A stretch of 64,000 nucleotides of DNA from Bradymonadia bacterium (GTDB taxonomy: Bacteria; Myxococcota_A; Bradymonadia; UBA7976; UBA1532), in assembly GCA_046290225.1 (NCBI GenBank), contig JBKAGE010000081.1, positions 45,412 to 109,411 of the forward strand, written 5' to 3'. Positions 50,286 to 62,200 of the stretch are shown here, piece after piece (position 1 is the stretch's first letter; each line of letters begins with the position of its first letter). The translations under genes were made by a program, and so were the position numbers. The notes below the pieces were generated by a model. It saw only the letters and a list, made by a program, of their open reading frames with translations. It searched no databases and was not told the DNA's origin.

Positions 50286-53200
50286 TGTTGTACCTCGCGG
50301 ACAAAGATCAGCCACTGACCGTTGCCCTGGTTGATGGCGCCGCACGTACGCGACCCGTTGTGCTCACCCCAGTCGGTGCCGTCGGAGCGGTTGCCGATGC
50401 GACCGCCGTCGTTGAAGTCGACAGCGAAGTCGCCGCCGTCCTGACAGGAGTCCTCGCCGACGAGCTGGCCCTGGCCCTCCCATGGGGTGTTGTCTTCGAT
50501 GAAGTCACCGTTGAGGTTGTTCCGGCGCGCCGGCAGCTCCAGGGGGTTGTCCGGCGTGTTGAAGCAGGTCTCGCCGTCGATGGTGCTGCCGGCGATCTCT
50601 GCGTACCAGTCGTTGTCGTAGAACGACAAGTCGACGTCGTAGGGCTCCGGGAATCCGGGGCGATCGGTGCGGCAGGCGAAGCGGATGTCGAAGCGATCGC
50701 CATGGGCGAGCATCGCGCTCCAGACCCAGGGGGCCGAGGAGTTGGGGAACCCGGTGCTCAGGTTCGAGAACCACTCCGCGCGGCCCCGGTCATCGATGGT
50801 GCCGCCGCGGCCGTTGCTGTTCACCGCAGAAGAGGCCACCAGGGTCCAGCCGCCGCCGTCGGTGGTCATGTCACAGAAGACAAGCCCCGCAGGCAGGTTC
50901 GGATCAGGCTGAATGAGGAAGCTGCCGTTGCGATCGTTCCCTGCGGCGAGGGCCTCGCTGCAGCTGGCGTAGATGAAGCAGTCCGCCACGCCCTCGTCGG
51001 TGGCGCCGTCACAGTCGTCATCCTCACCGTTGCAGATTTCAGCGTCGTCCGGGGCCGCCGGGATGGCGTTGCAGAAGGCGGTGCCGTCAGCGGCGCAGCG
51101 GATCTGGCCGTTGCGTGCGCAGACACCCACCCCGTTGCTGCAGGAGTCGGAGACGTTGAAGCCCTCGTCGATTAGACCATCACAGTCGTTGTCGAGGTTG
51201 TCACAGGTCTCGGCCACCGGATCGCCGAGGATGGCGTTACAGGCGAGGCCGCCCTGACCATCACACACGTACCGGCCAACGCCCGCGCACTCGCCGACGC
51301 CCGTGGTGCAGAACTCGTTGAGGGGGAAGCCCTCGTCGGTGCTGCCGTCACAGTCTTCGTCAACGCCGTCGCAGGTCTCCTCACCGGGGGCGAGGGGATC
51401 AGCGTCGCAGACGAGGCGGCCGAGGGCGCCCCGCTGTGCCGTACCGCTGCGCTGGAAGATCATGCGCTCCCACAGACCGCTGGCGTTGACCACCTCGTCA
51501 CCACAGCGGTAGCCGGGGCGCACGGTGTCGTTGCTGGTGTACCAGCAGATACGCTGGCCGGACTGCTCGTCGAAGACGCGATCGCAGCTGAAGGCGTCGA
51601 TGCGCGCCCCTGCCGGTGCGAAGCCCCAGTAGAAGTCGTTGTTGAAGTACCAGTTCACGCCATTGTGAATGTTGTTGGGCACGCGGGTGGCGAAGGGGGT
51701 GACCTCGAGGATCTCGTCCCGCTCGCCCATGGCCGCCACGGAGAGGGTCTCGGCGTCGAGACGGCGACAAGCCATCATCAACACTTCGCCTTCACAGCGC
51801 TGCAGCACACCGGGCAGCTGAGTGACTTCGTTGGCGCCGAAGATGCCCGTCTGGGCCTCTTCGTATGGCTCGTTCCAGCACAGGTCGAAGCCGCCAGCCA
51901 CGACCTCGGCCACCACCAGGTCATTTTGCACACCAGAGAAGGCCATGGCCTGAGCGTCAGGGGTGCCGTCACACACGTTCTGGCCCTGGTTGACGCAGGC
52001 GCCGACGCCCACGGAGCAGTTGTCGCCCAGATCGGCCACGAAGTCTTCGTCGGTGCTGCCATCGCAGTCGTCGTCAGCGCCGTTACAGGCCTCGGGTACA
52101 GGCGCGAGGGGCTTTTCGGAGCAGACGACCTGACCATCGAGATCACAGACCGTCACGCCCTCCACTGCACAGGCGCCTACGCCGCCACCACACGGATCAC
52201 CGATGTCGGGGAAGTTCTCGTCGGCGATGCCGTCACAGTCGTCGTCGAGGCTGTTGCAGGTCTCCACGCCAGGCTGGCCGGCGGTGGCGTCACAGATCGC
52301 GACACGGTTGCTGCAGATGATGGTGCCGGCCTGAGCACAGACGCCCTGGCCGACACTGCAGTCACCACCGACGTCGAAGTCCTCGTCGGAGACGCCGTCA
52401 CAGTCGTTGTCGCGGCCATCGCAGCGCTCCGCCACAGGATCATCAGGCTGGGCGTTGCAGAGCACCCCGAGACCGTTGGGATCACAGACCACCTCGCCCT
52501 CGTCCTGGCAGCTGCCGAGGCCGAGCGTGCAGTCGTCCCCGAGGGTGGGGAACGCCTCGTCGGTCACACCGTCACAGTCGTTGTCCAAGCCGTCACAGGT
52601 CTCCACCTGGGGCGGAGGTGCCTGCGTCAGGCAGAACAGCTCGTTGGTGCCCAGATCACAGACCTGCACACCCGCGGCGGCACATTGGCCCACGCCGGCG
52701 TTGCAGGCTTCGCCGAGGCCGGGGATGCCTTCGTCGATGTTGCCGTCACAGTCGTTGTCGAAGTTGTCGCAGACCTCGGGGGTGGGCTCGATGCCACCAG
52801 TGATGCCCTCACAGACCACACCCTGGCCATCCTGGGCACACACGGTGGAGCCCAGCGAGGCACACTGTCCCAACCCGTCCTCACACGGCAGGTTGAGATC
52901 GGGGAAGTCCTCGTCGAGCAGGCCGTCACAGTCGTCGTCGATGCCGTTGCACAGCTCGGCCTCACCGAGGCCAGCCTGGGCGCTGCATTCCACGCCCTGA
53001 CCCACCGCGTCACAGACAAAGACGCCATCGGCAGAGCAGTCACCGGCACCAGCGGTGCATGCACTGCCCAACTCCACGAAGGCCTCGTCGGCCTGTCCAT
53101 CGCAGTCGTCGTCGAGCCCGTTGCAGGTTTCCGAGCTGGGCGACTGAGCGATGGCGTTGCACTCGGTGCCCTGACCCGCCCCGTCACACACGATGGTGCC

Positions 53201-56200
53201 CGATGCGGCGCATGCGCCGATGCCTTCGGTACACGCGCTGCCCAGGTTGGCGAAGCTCTCGTCTGCCTGCCCGTCACAGTCATCGTCGATGCCGTTGCAC
53301 AGCTCACCCTGAGGCGCACCAGCGTTGGCGTCACAGACAACACCGCCGAGCTGATCACACACGAAGACCCCTGCTGCAGCGCACGCGCCGATGCCCTCGG
53401 TACACGCGGTGCCGAGGTCGAAGGTCTCGTCAGCAATGCCGTCACAGTCGTCGTCAAGGCCATTGCATCGCTCGACATCAGGTGTGCCGACCTGAGCACC
53501 ACACTGCACACCGCCCTCGCCGTTGCAGATGAGGACACCATTCGCAGCACACTGGCCAACACCTTCGCTACAAGCGGTGCCGAGGCCGAACTCTTCATCA
53601 ATGGCGCCATCGCAGTTGTCGTCGAGGCCATTACAGGTCTCGGCCACGGGCTGGCCGGGCTGGGCGTTACAGGTGGTGCCGTCACCGTTGCCGTTACAGA
53701 CGAACACGCCTGCAGCAGCACACTGGCCGACACCTTCGTTACAGGCGTTGCCGAGGTTGACGAAGGTCTCGTCGGCACGACCATCACAGTTCTGGTCGAT
53801 GCCATCGCAGATTTCCGCAGCAGGCAGAATCTGGCCAGCACAGACGCCGAAGCTGCCGTTGGTGCAGGTTGCGGTACCACTGCGGCAGATGCCCTGACCG
53901 TCAGTGCCTTCAGGGCCTTCGTAGCAAGTCGCCGTCAGAGGCTGCCCATTGGCGTCCTCATCGACACTGCCATCACAGTCGTCGTCGATGCCGTTGCAGG
54001 TTTCTACACCGGGCTGGCCCGCAGTCGCGTCACAGGTGGCGTTGCCGTCCTGGCCACAGATGACCGTGCCCTGAGCACCACAGGCACCCACGCCCACGTT
54101 GCAGTCAGAGCCAAGGTTGAAGCCTTCGTCAGCGCGACCATCGCAGTTGTCGTCCAATCCGTTGCATTGCTCAGCGACGGGCTGACCGGGCTGAGCATCA
54201 CAGGTGGCGTTGCCGTCCTGGCCACAAATGACCGTGCCAGAAGCGGTACACTGGCCGATGCCCTCTGAACAATCAGCACCGAGGTTGAAGCCCTCGTCAG
54301 CCTGACCATCGCAGTTGTCATCGAGGCCGTTACACTGCTCAGCGACGGGCTGACCGGGCTGGGCGTTGCAGGTGGCGTTGCCATCCTGGCCGCACACGAT
54401 GGTGCCAGAAGCTGCACACTGACCAACACCTTCGTTACAGGCACTGCCGAGGTTGAAGCCTTCGTCAGCACGTCCATCACAGTTGTCGTCGAGGCCATTA
54501 CAGGTCTCGGCCACAGGCTGGCCAGGCTGAGCGTTGCATGTCGAACCACCATCGAGATCACACACGATGGTGCCTGCAGCGGCACACTGGCCAACGCCTT
54601 CGTTACAGGCACTACCGAGGTTGAAGCCCTCATCGGCTCGGCCATCGCAGTTGTCATCGAGCCCATTGCAGGTCTCGACCACGGGCTGGCCGGGCTGGGC
54701 GTTACAGGTGGTGCCGTCACCGTTGCCGTTACAGACGAACACGCCTGCAGCAGCACACTGGCCGACACCTTCGTTACAGGCGTTGCCGAGGTTGACGAAG
54801 GTCTCGTCGGCACGACCATCACAGTTCTGGTCGATGCCATCGCAGATTTCCGCAGCAGGCAGAATCTGGCCAGCACAGACGCCGAAGCTGCCGTTGGTGC
54901 AGGTTGCGGTACCACTGCGGCAGATGCCCTGACCGTCAGTGCCTTCAGGGCCTTCGTAGCAAGTCGCCGTCAGAGGCTGGCCGTTGGCATCCTCATCGAC
55001 ACTGCCATCACAGTCGTCGTCGATGCCGTTGCAGGTCTCAATCCCAGGCTGGCCCGCTGTGGCGTCACAAGTGGCGTTGCCGTCCTGGCCGCAGATGACT
55101 GTGCCCTGAGCACCACAGGCACCCACGCCCACGCTGCAGTCAGAGCCAAGGTTGAAGCCTTCGTCAGCGCGACCATCGCAGTTGTCGTCCAATCCGTTGC
55201 ACAGCTCAGCCACTGGCTGGCCGGGTTGGGCGTTGCAGGTGGCGTTGCCGTTCTGGCCGCAGACAAAGACGCCAGCAGCTACGCATTGACCGACACCTTC
55301 GTTGCAGGCGCTGCCGAGGTCGAAGCCTTCATCAGCCTGACCATTGCAGTTGTCGTCGAGGCCATTGCATTGCTCAGCGACGGGCTGACCGGGCTGAGCG
55401 TTACAGGTGGCACTGCCATCCTGGCCACAGACAATACGGCCGGCGGCGGCACATTGGCCGACGCCCTCGGAGCAATCAGCACCGAGGTTGAAGCCTTCGT
55501 CAGCCTGACCGTTGCAGTTGTCGTCCAAGCCGTTGCAGGTTTCTGCACGGGGCTGGCCGGGCTGAGCGTTACAGGTCGCGCCGCCATCGAGATCACATAC
55601 GATGGTGCCTGCAGCGGCACACTGGCCAACGCCTTCGTTACAGGCACTACCGAGGTTGAAGCCCTCATCGGCTCGGCCATCGCAGTTGTCATCGAGGCCA
55701 TTGCAGGTCTCGGCCACAGGCTGACCGGGCTGAGCGTTGCAGGTGGTGCCGTTGCCGTTGCCGTTACAGACAAACACGCCTGCAGCAGCACATTGGCCGA
55801 CACCTTCGTTACAGGCGTTGCCGAGGTTGACGAAGGTCTCATCAATGCGACCATCACAGTTCTGGTCGATGCCATCGCAGATTTCGGCTGCAGGGAGGAC
55901 CTGACCAGCACAGGCGCCGAAGCTGCCGTTGGTGCAGGTTGCAGTACCACTGCGGCAGATGCCCTGACCGTCGGTGCCTTCGGGGCCCTCGTAGCAAGTC
56001 GCCGTCAGAGGCTGCCCATTGGCATCCTCGTCGACACTGCCATCACAGTCGTCGTCGATGCCGTTGCAGGTTTCTACGCCGGGCTGGCCCGCTGTGGCGT
56101 CACAGGTCGCATTGCCGTCCTGGCCGCAGATGACCGTGCCCTGAGCACCACAGGCACCCACTCCCACGCTGCAGTCAGAGCCGAGGTTGAAGTTCTCGTC

Positions 56201-59200
56201 AGCGCGACCATCACAGTTGTCATCGAGACCGTTGCAGCTCTCCGCCACAGGCCGCCCAGGCTGAGCGTCACAGGTAGCGCCACCATTCTGGCTACAGATG
56301 ATCGTGCCCGCTGCAGCACACTGACCGATGCCCTCGGAGCACTCAGCACCGAGGTTGAAGCCGTCATCGACCTGACCATCGCAGTTGTCATCCAAGCCGT
56401 TACAGGTCTCTGCACGAGGCTGGCCAGGCTGAGCATTACAGGTCGTGCCGCTGCCATTGCCATTGCAGATGAAGGTGCCGACTGCCGCACACTGGCCGAT
56501 GCCCTCACTGCAGGCGTCGCCCAGGTTGGTGAAGGACTCGTCAGTCTGGCCATCACAGTTGTCGTCGAGGCCATTGCACAGCTCCGCCTGTGGCTGGCCG
56601 GGCTGAGCGTTACAGGTGGTGCCATCACCGTTGCCGTTACAGACGAAGACGCCAGCAGCGGTGCACTGGCCGACACCTTCGTTACAGGCGTCACCAAGGT
56701 TGGCGAAGGTCTCGTCAGCACGACCGTCACAGTTCTGGTCGATGCCGTCGCAGACCTCTGCGGTGGGGAGAATTTGACCAGCACAGGCGCCGAAGCTGCC
56801 ATTGGTGCAGGTTGCGGTACCACTGCGGCAGATGCCCTGACCGTCAGTGCCTTCAGGGCCTTCGTAGCAAGTCGCCGTCAGAGGCTGGCCGTTGGCATCC
56901 TCATCAACACTGCCATCGCAGTCGTCGTCGACTCCGTTGCAGGTCTCAACCCCGGGTTGGCCTGCTGTGGCGTCGCACGTGGCATTGCCGTCCTGGCCGC
57001 AGATGACTGCACCCTGGGCAACACAGGCGCCGACACCCACCGAGCAGTCCGAGCCGAGGTTGAAGCCTTCGTCGGTCTGGCCATCACAGTTGTCGTCAAG
57101 ACCGTTGCAGGTCTCCGCATCAGGCTGGCCGGGCTGAGCGTTGCAGGTGGTGCCATCACCGTTGCCGTTACAGACGAAGACGCCAGCAGCGGTACACTGG
57201 CCGATACCTTCGTTGCAGGCATCACCGAGGTTGGCGAAGGTCTCGTCAGTACGACCGTCACAGTTCTGGTCGATGCCGTCGCAGATCTCCGCAGCAGGGA
57301 GGACCTGACCAACGCAGGCACCGAAGCCTCCATCTGCACAGGTCCGCTGGCCACCCTGACAGATGCCCTGACCGTCAGTGCCTGCAGGGCCTTCGTAACA
57401 GGCCACCGTCAGAGGTTGACCGTTGGCATCCTCATCGACACTGCCATCACAGTCGTCGTCGACCCCATTACAGGTTTCAACACCAGGCTGCCCTGCCTGG
57501 GCGCTGCATACTGCGGCGCCATTCTGGCCACAGATGAGGGCGCCACGCTCAAGGCAGGCGCCCACACCAACGCTGCAGTCAGCGCCGAGGTTGAAGCCCT
57601 CGTCAGCGCGACCATCGCAGTTGTCGTCCAAGCCATTGCAAATCTCAGCAGCAGGCTGACCGGGCTGAGTATCACAGAAAATACGTTCGTTGGGGCCGTC
57701 ACAGGCCACGCTGCCCTCAGCGAGGCATTCACCCACACCTTGCTCGCAGGCTGCGCCCACACCAGGGATGTTGTCGTCGACGATGCCATTGCAGTCATTG
57801 TCGATGCTGTCGCATCGTTCTGCCCCTGGCAGCACCTCACCCGCACATGGGGTGAACCCGCTGCCGTCGTTCAGGCAGGTCTGTTGACCGGCCTGGCACA
57901 CGCCGTTGCCTGCGGTACCTACAGGACCGCTGTAGCAGGCTCGGGACTCACCAGGCAGGCAGGCGCAGTTCAGGCCGCCGTCGGGATCACCATCACAGTC
58001 GTTGTCCAGGCCATCACAGATCTCCTGGGCAGGAAGAATCTCCCCGTCACATGCGCCGAATACACCCTGCTCACAGGTGGAGACGCCGGCGCGGCACAGG
58101 CCCTGACCTGCTGCACCCTCGGGGCCGCTGAAGCACATACGCTGTAGAGGGGCACCATCGGCACCCTCATCGATGGCACCGTCGCAGTCATCGTCTTCGC
58201 CATTGCAGATCTCCTGCGATGGGCCTTGAGCCCCGTTGCAAGCACCAAAGTCACCTGCAACACAGGTACGCACGCCGTCACGACACACGCCAGTGTTGTC
58301 TGTGCCCTCAGGCCCTTCGTAGCAGCTCACGGTCAGTGGCTGGCCGTTGGCATCCTCGTCGATGGTGCCATCACAGTCGTCATCGACACCATCGCAGGTC
58401 TCGACAGCGGGCTGGCCAGGCTGAGCATTACACGTGGCATTGCCATCCTGAGTGCACACAATGATGCCTGCAGAGGCGCACTGACCGATGCCCTCGGAGC
58501 AGTCAGCGCCGAGGCTGAAGCCTTCATCGGTCTGGCCATCACAGTTGTCGTCGAGACCGTTGCACAGCTCCGCTGCGGGCTGACCGGGCTGAGCGTTACA
58601 GGTGGCGCTGCCGTCCTGGCCGCAGACAATACGGCCGGCGGCGGCACATTGGCCGACGCCCTCGGAGCAATCAGCACCGAGGTTGAAGCCTTCGTCAGCT
58701 TGACCATTGCAGTTGTCATCGAGACCGTTGCAGGTCTCTGCACGGGGCTGACCGGGCTGAGCGTTACAGGTCGCGCTGCCATCGAGATCACATACGATGG
58801 TGCCTGCAGCGGCACACTGGCCAACGCCTTCGTTACAGGCACTACCGAGGTTGAAGCCCTCATCGGCTCGGCCATCGCAGTTGTCATCGAGGCCATTGCA
58901 GGTCTCGGCCACAGGCTGACCAGGCTGAGCGTTGCAGGTGGTGCCGTCGCCATTGCCGTTGCAGACGAAGACGCCTGCAGCAGCGCACTGACCCACACCT
59001 TCGTTACAGGCGTTGCCGAGGTTGACGAAGGTCTCATCAATGCGACCATCACAGTTCTGGTCGATGCCATCGCAGATTTCGGCTGCAGGGAGGACCTGAC
59101 CAGCACAGGCGCCGAAGCTGCCATTGATGCAGGTTGCGGTACCACTGCGGCAGGTGCCCTGACCGTCAGTGCCTTCGGGGCCCTCGTAGCAAGTCGCCGT

Positions 59201-62200
59201 CAGAGGCTGGCCGTTGGCATCCTCATCGACACTGCCATCACAGTCGTCGTCGATGCCATTGCAGGTCTCTACCCCGGGCTGGCCAGCCTGAGCGTCACAG
59301 GTGGCGTTGCCGTCCTGGCCACAAATGACCGTGCCCTGAGCACCACAGGCGCCGACGCCCACGCTGCAGTCAGAGCCGAGGTTGAAGTTCTCGTCGGCCT
59401 GGCCATCACAGTTGTCGTCGAGACCGTTGCACAGCTCCGCTGCGGGCTGGCCAGGCTGGGCGTTACAGGTAGCACTGCCATCCTGGCCACAGACGATACG
59501 GCCGGCGGCGGCACATTGGCCGACGCCCTCGGAGCAGTCAGCACCGAGGTTGAAGCCTTCGTCAGTCTGGCCATCGCAGTTGTCGTCCAAGCCGTTGCAG
59601 CTCTCGGCTACAGGTTGGCCGGGCTGAGCGTTGCATGTCGAACCACCATCGAGATCACACACGATGGTGCCAGCAGCTGCGCATTGACCGATGCCTTCGT
59701 TACAGGCACTGCCGAGGTTGAAGCCCTCATCGGCACGGCCGTCGCAATTGTCGTCGAGGCCATTGCAGGTCTCGACCACAGGCTGACCAGGCTGAGCGTT
59801 GCAGGTGGTGCCGTCGCCATTGCCGTTGCAGACGAAGACGCCTGCAGCAGCGCACTGACCCACACCTTCGTTACAGGCGTTGCCGAGGTTGGCAAAAGTC
59901 TCGTCGGCACGACCATCACAGTTCTGGTCGATGCCATCGCAGACTTCAGCAGCAGGAAGGACCTGACCAACGCAGGCGCCAAAGCTACCGTTGATACAGG
60001 CAGCAGTGCCGCTTCGGCAGATGCCCTGACCATCGGTGCCTTCGGGGCCCTCGTAGCACGTCGCCGTCAGAGGCTGACCGTTCGCGCCTTCGTCGATGGC
60101 CCCGTCGCAGTCGTCATCCAGTCCGTTGCACCGCTCCACGCCAATCTCGCCGGCCTCGGCGGTGCACACTGCTCTTCCGTCGTCTCCGCAGGCGATCACA
60201 CCATTGCTGCGGCACTCACCTTGACCTGCGACACAGGCATCACCAAGAGCGAAGCCTTCGTCAGTCTGACCATCACAGTCATCATCGAGACCATCACATG
60301 TCTCAGCGACAGGCTGACCGGGCTGTGCGTCACAGATGGGGGTACCATCCTGGCCACAGATGATGCTGCCTGCTGCTGCACACTGGCCCACACCTGCGGA
60401 GCAGTCCGCGCCAAGATCGAAGCCTTCATCCGCGCGACCATCGCAGTTGTCGTCGAGGCCGTTGCACAGCTCAGCCACAGGCTGACCGAGTTGGGCGTTG
60501 CAGGTGGCGTTGCCGTCCTGGCCGCAGACAAGGACGCCAGCAGCTGCACATTGACCAACACCTTCGTTGCAGGCGCTGCCGAGGTCGAAGCCTTCATCAG
60601 CCTGACCATTGCAGTTGTCGTCGAGGCCGTTGCAGGTCTCTGCACGGGGCTGGCCGGGCTGGGCGTTACAAGTGGCGCTGCCATCCTGGCCACAGACAAT
60701 ACGGCCGGCGGCGGCACACTGGCCGACGCCCTCGGAGCAGTCAGCACCGAGGTTGAAGCCTTCGTCGGCCTGTCCATCACAGTTGTCATCAAGACCGTTG
60801 CAGATCTCGGCTACAGGCTGACCGGGCTGAGCATCGCAGGTGGTGCCGTTGCCATTGCCGTTGCAGACAAACACGCCTGCAGCTGCGCACTGACCAACGC
60901 CTTCGTTACACGCGTTACCGAGGTTGGCAAAGGTCTCGTCGGCACGACCATCACAGTTCTGGTCGATGCCATCGCAGACTTCAGCAGCAGGAAGAATCTG
61001 ACCAGCACAGGCGCCGAAGCTGCCGTTGGTGCAGGTTGCGGTACCACTACGACAAATGCCCTGGCCGTCAGTGCCTTCGGGGCCTTCGTAGCAAGTCGCC
61101 GTCAGAGGCTGACCGTTCGCGCCCTCGTCGATGGCTCCGTCACAGTCATCATCCAAACCGTTGCACCGCTCCACGCCAATCTCGCCGGCCTCAGCGGTGC
61201 ACACTGCTCGTCCATCATCTCCACACGCGATCACACCATTGGTCTGGCACTCACCCTGACCAGCGACACAGGCATCACCGAGGGCAAAGCCTTCGTCAGT
61301 CTGCCCATCACAGTCATCATCAAGACCATCACATGTCTCAGCGACAGGCTGACCGGGCTGTGCGTCACAGATGGGGGTACCGTCCTGACCACAGATGATG
61401 CTGCCTGCTGCTGCACACTGGCCCACACCTGCGGAGCAGTCTGCACCGAGGTCGAAATCTTCGTCAGCCTGACCGTTGCAGTTGTCATCGAGTCCGTTGC
61501 AGCGCTCGGCTACAGGCTGGCCAGGCTGAGCGTTGCAAGTGGCGTTGCCGTCCTGACCACAGACGATGGTACCTGCTGCTGCACACTGACCGACACCTTC
61601 GTTACACGCGTCACCGAGGTTGAAGCCCTCATCAGCGCGGCCATCACAGTTGTCATCTAGGCCGTTACAGGTCTCAGCGACAGGCTCACCTGGCTGAGCA
61701 TTGCAGATGGGGTTGCCGTCCTGGCTGCACACGATGGTGCCAGCAGCGGCACACTGGCCAACACCTTCGTTACAGGCACTGCCGAGGTTGAAGCCCTCAT
61801 CGGCACGGCCGTCGCAATTGTCGTCGAGGCCATTGCAGGTCTCGACCACAGGCTGACCGGGCTGAGCATTGCAGGTGGTGCCGTCGCCATTGCCGTTGCA
61901 GACGAAGACGCCTGCAGCAGCGCACTGACCCACACCTTCGTTACAGGCGTTACCGAGGTTGGCAAAAGTCTCGTCGGCACGACCATCACAGTTCTGGTCG
62001 ATGCCATCGCAGACTTCAGCAGCAGGAAGGACCTGACCAACGCAGGCGCCAAAGCTACCGTTGATACAGGCAGCAGTGCCGCTTCGGCAGATGCCCTGAC
62101 CATCGGTGCCTTCGGGGCCTTCGTAGCAAGTCGCCGTCAGAGGCTGACCGTTCGCGCCCTCGTCGATGGCCCCGTCGCAGTCATCATCGACGCCATTGCA

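Noticed and set aside
51665..61660. Long + strand ORFs (867, 973 and 1144 aa)
   Set aside because: Antisense shadows of the giant repeat gene; their repetitiveness mirrors the real frame.
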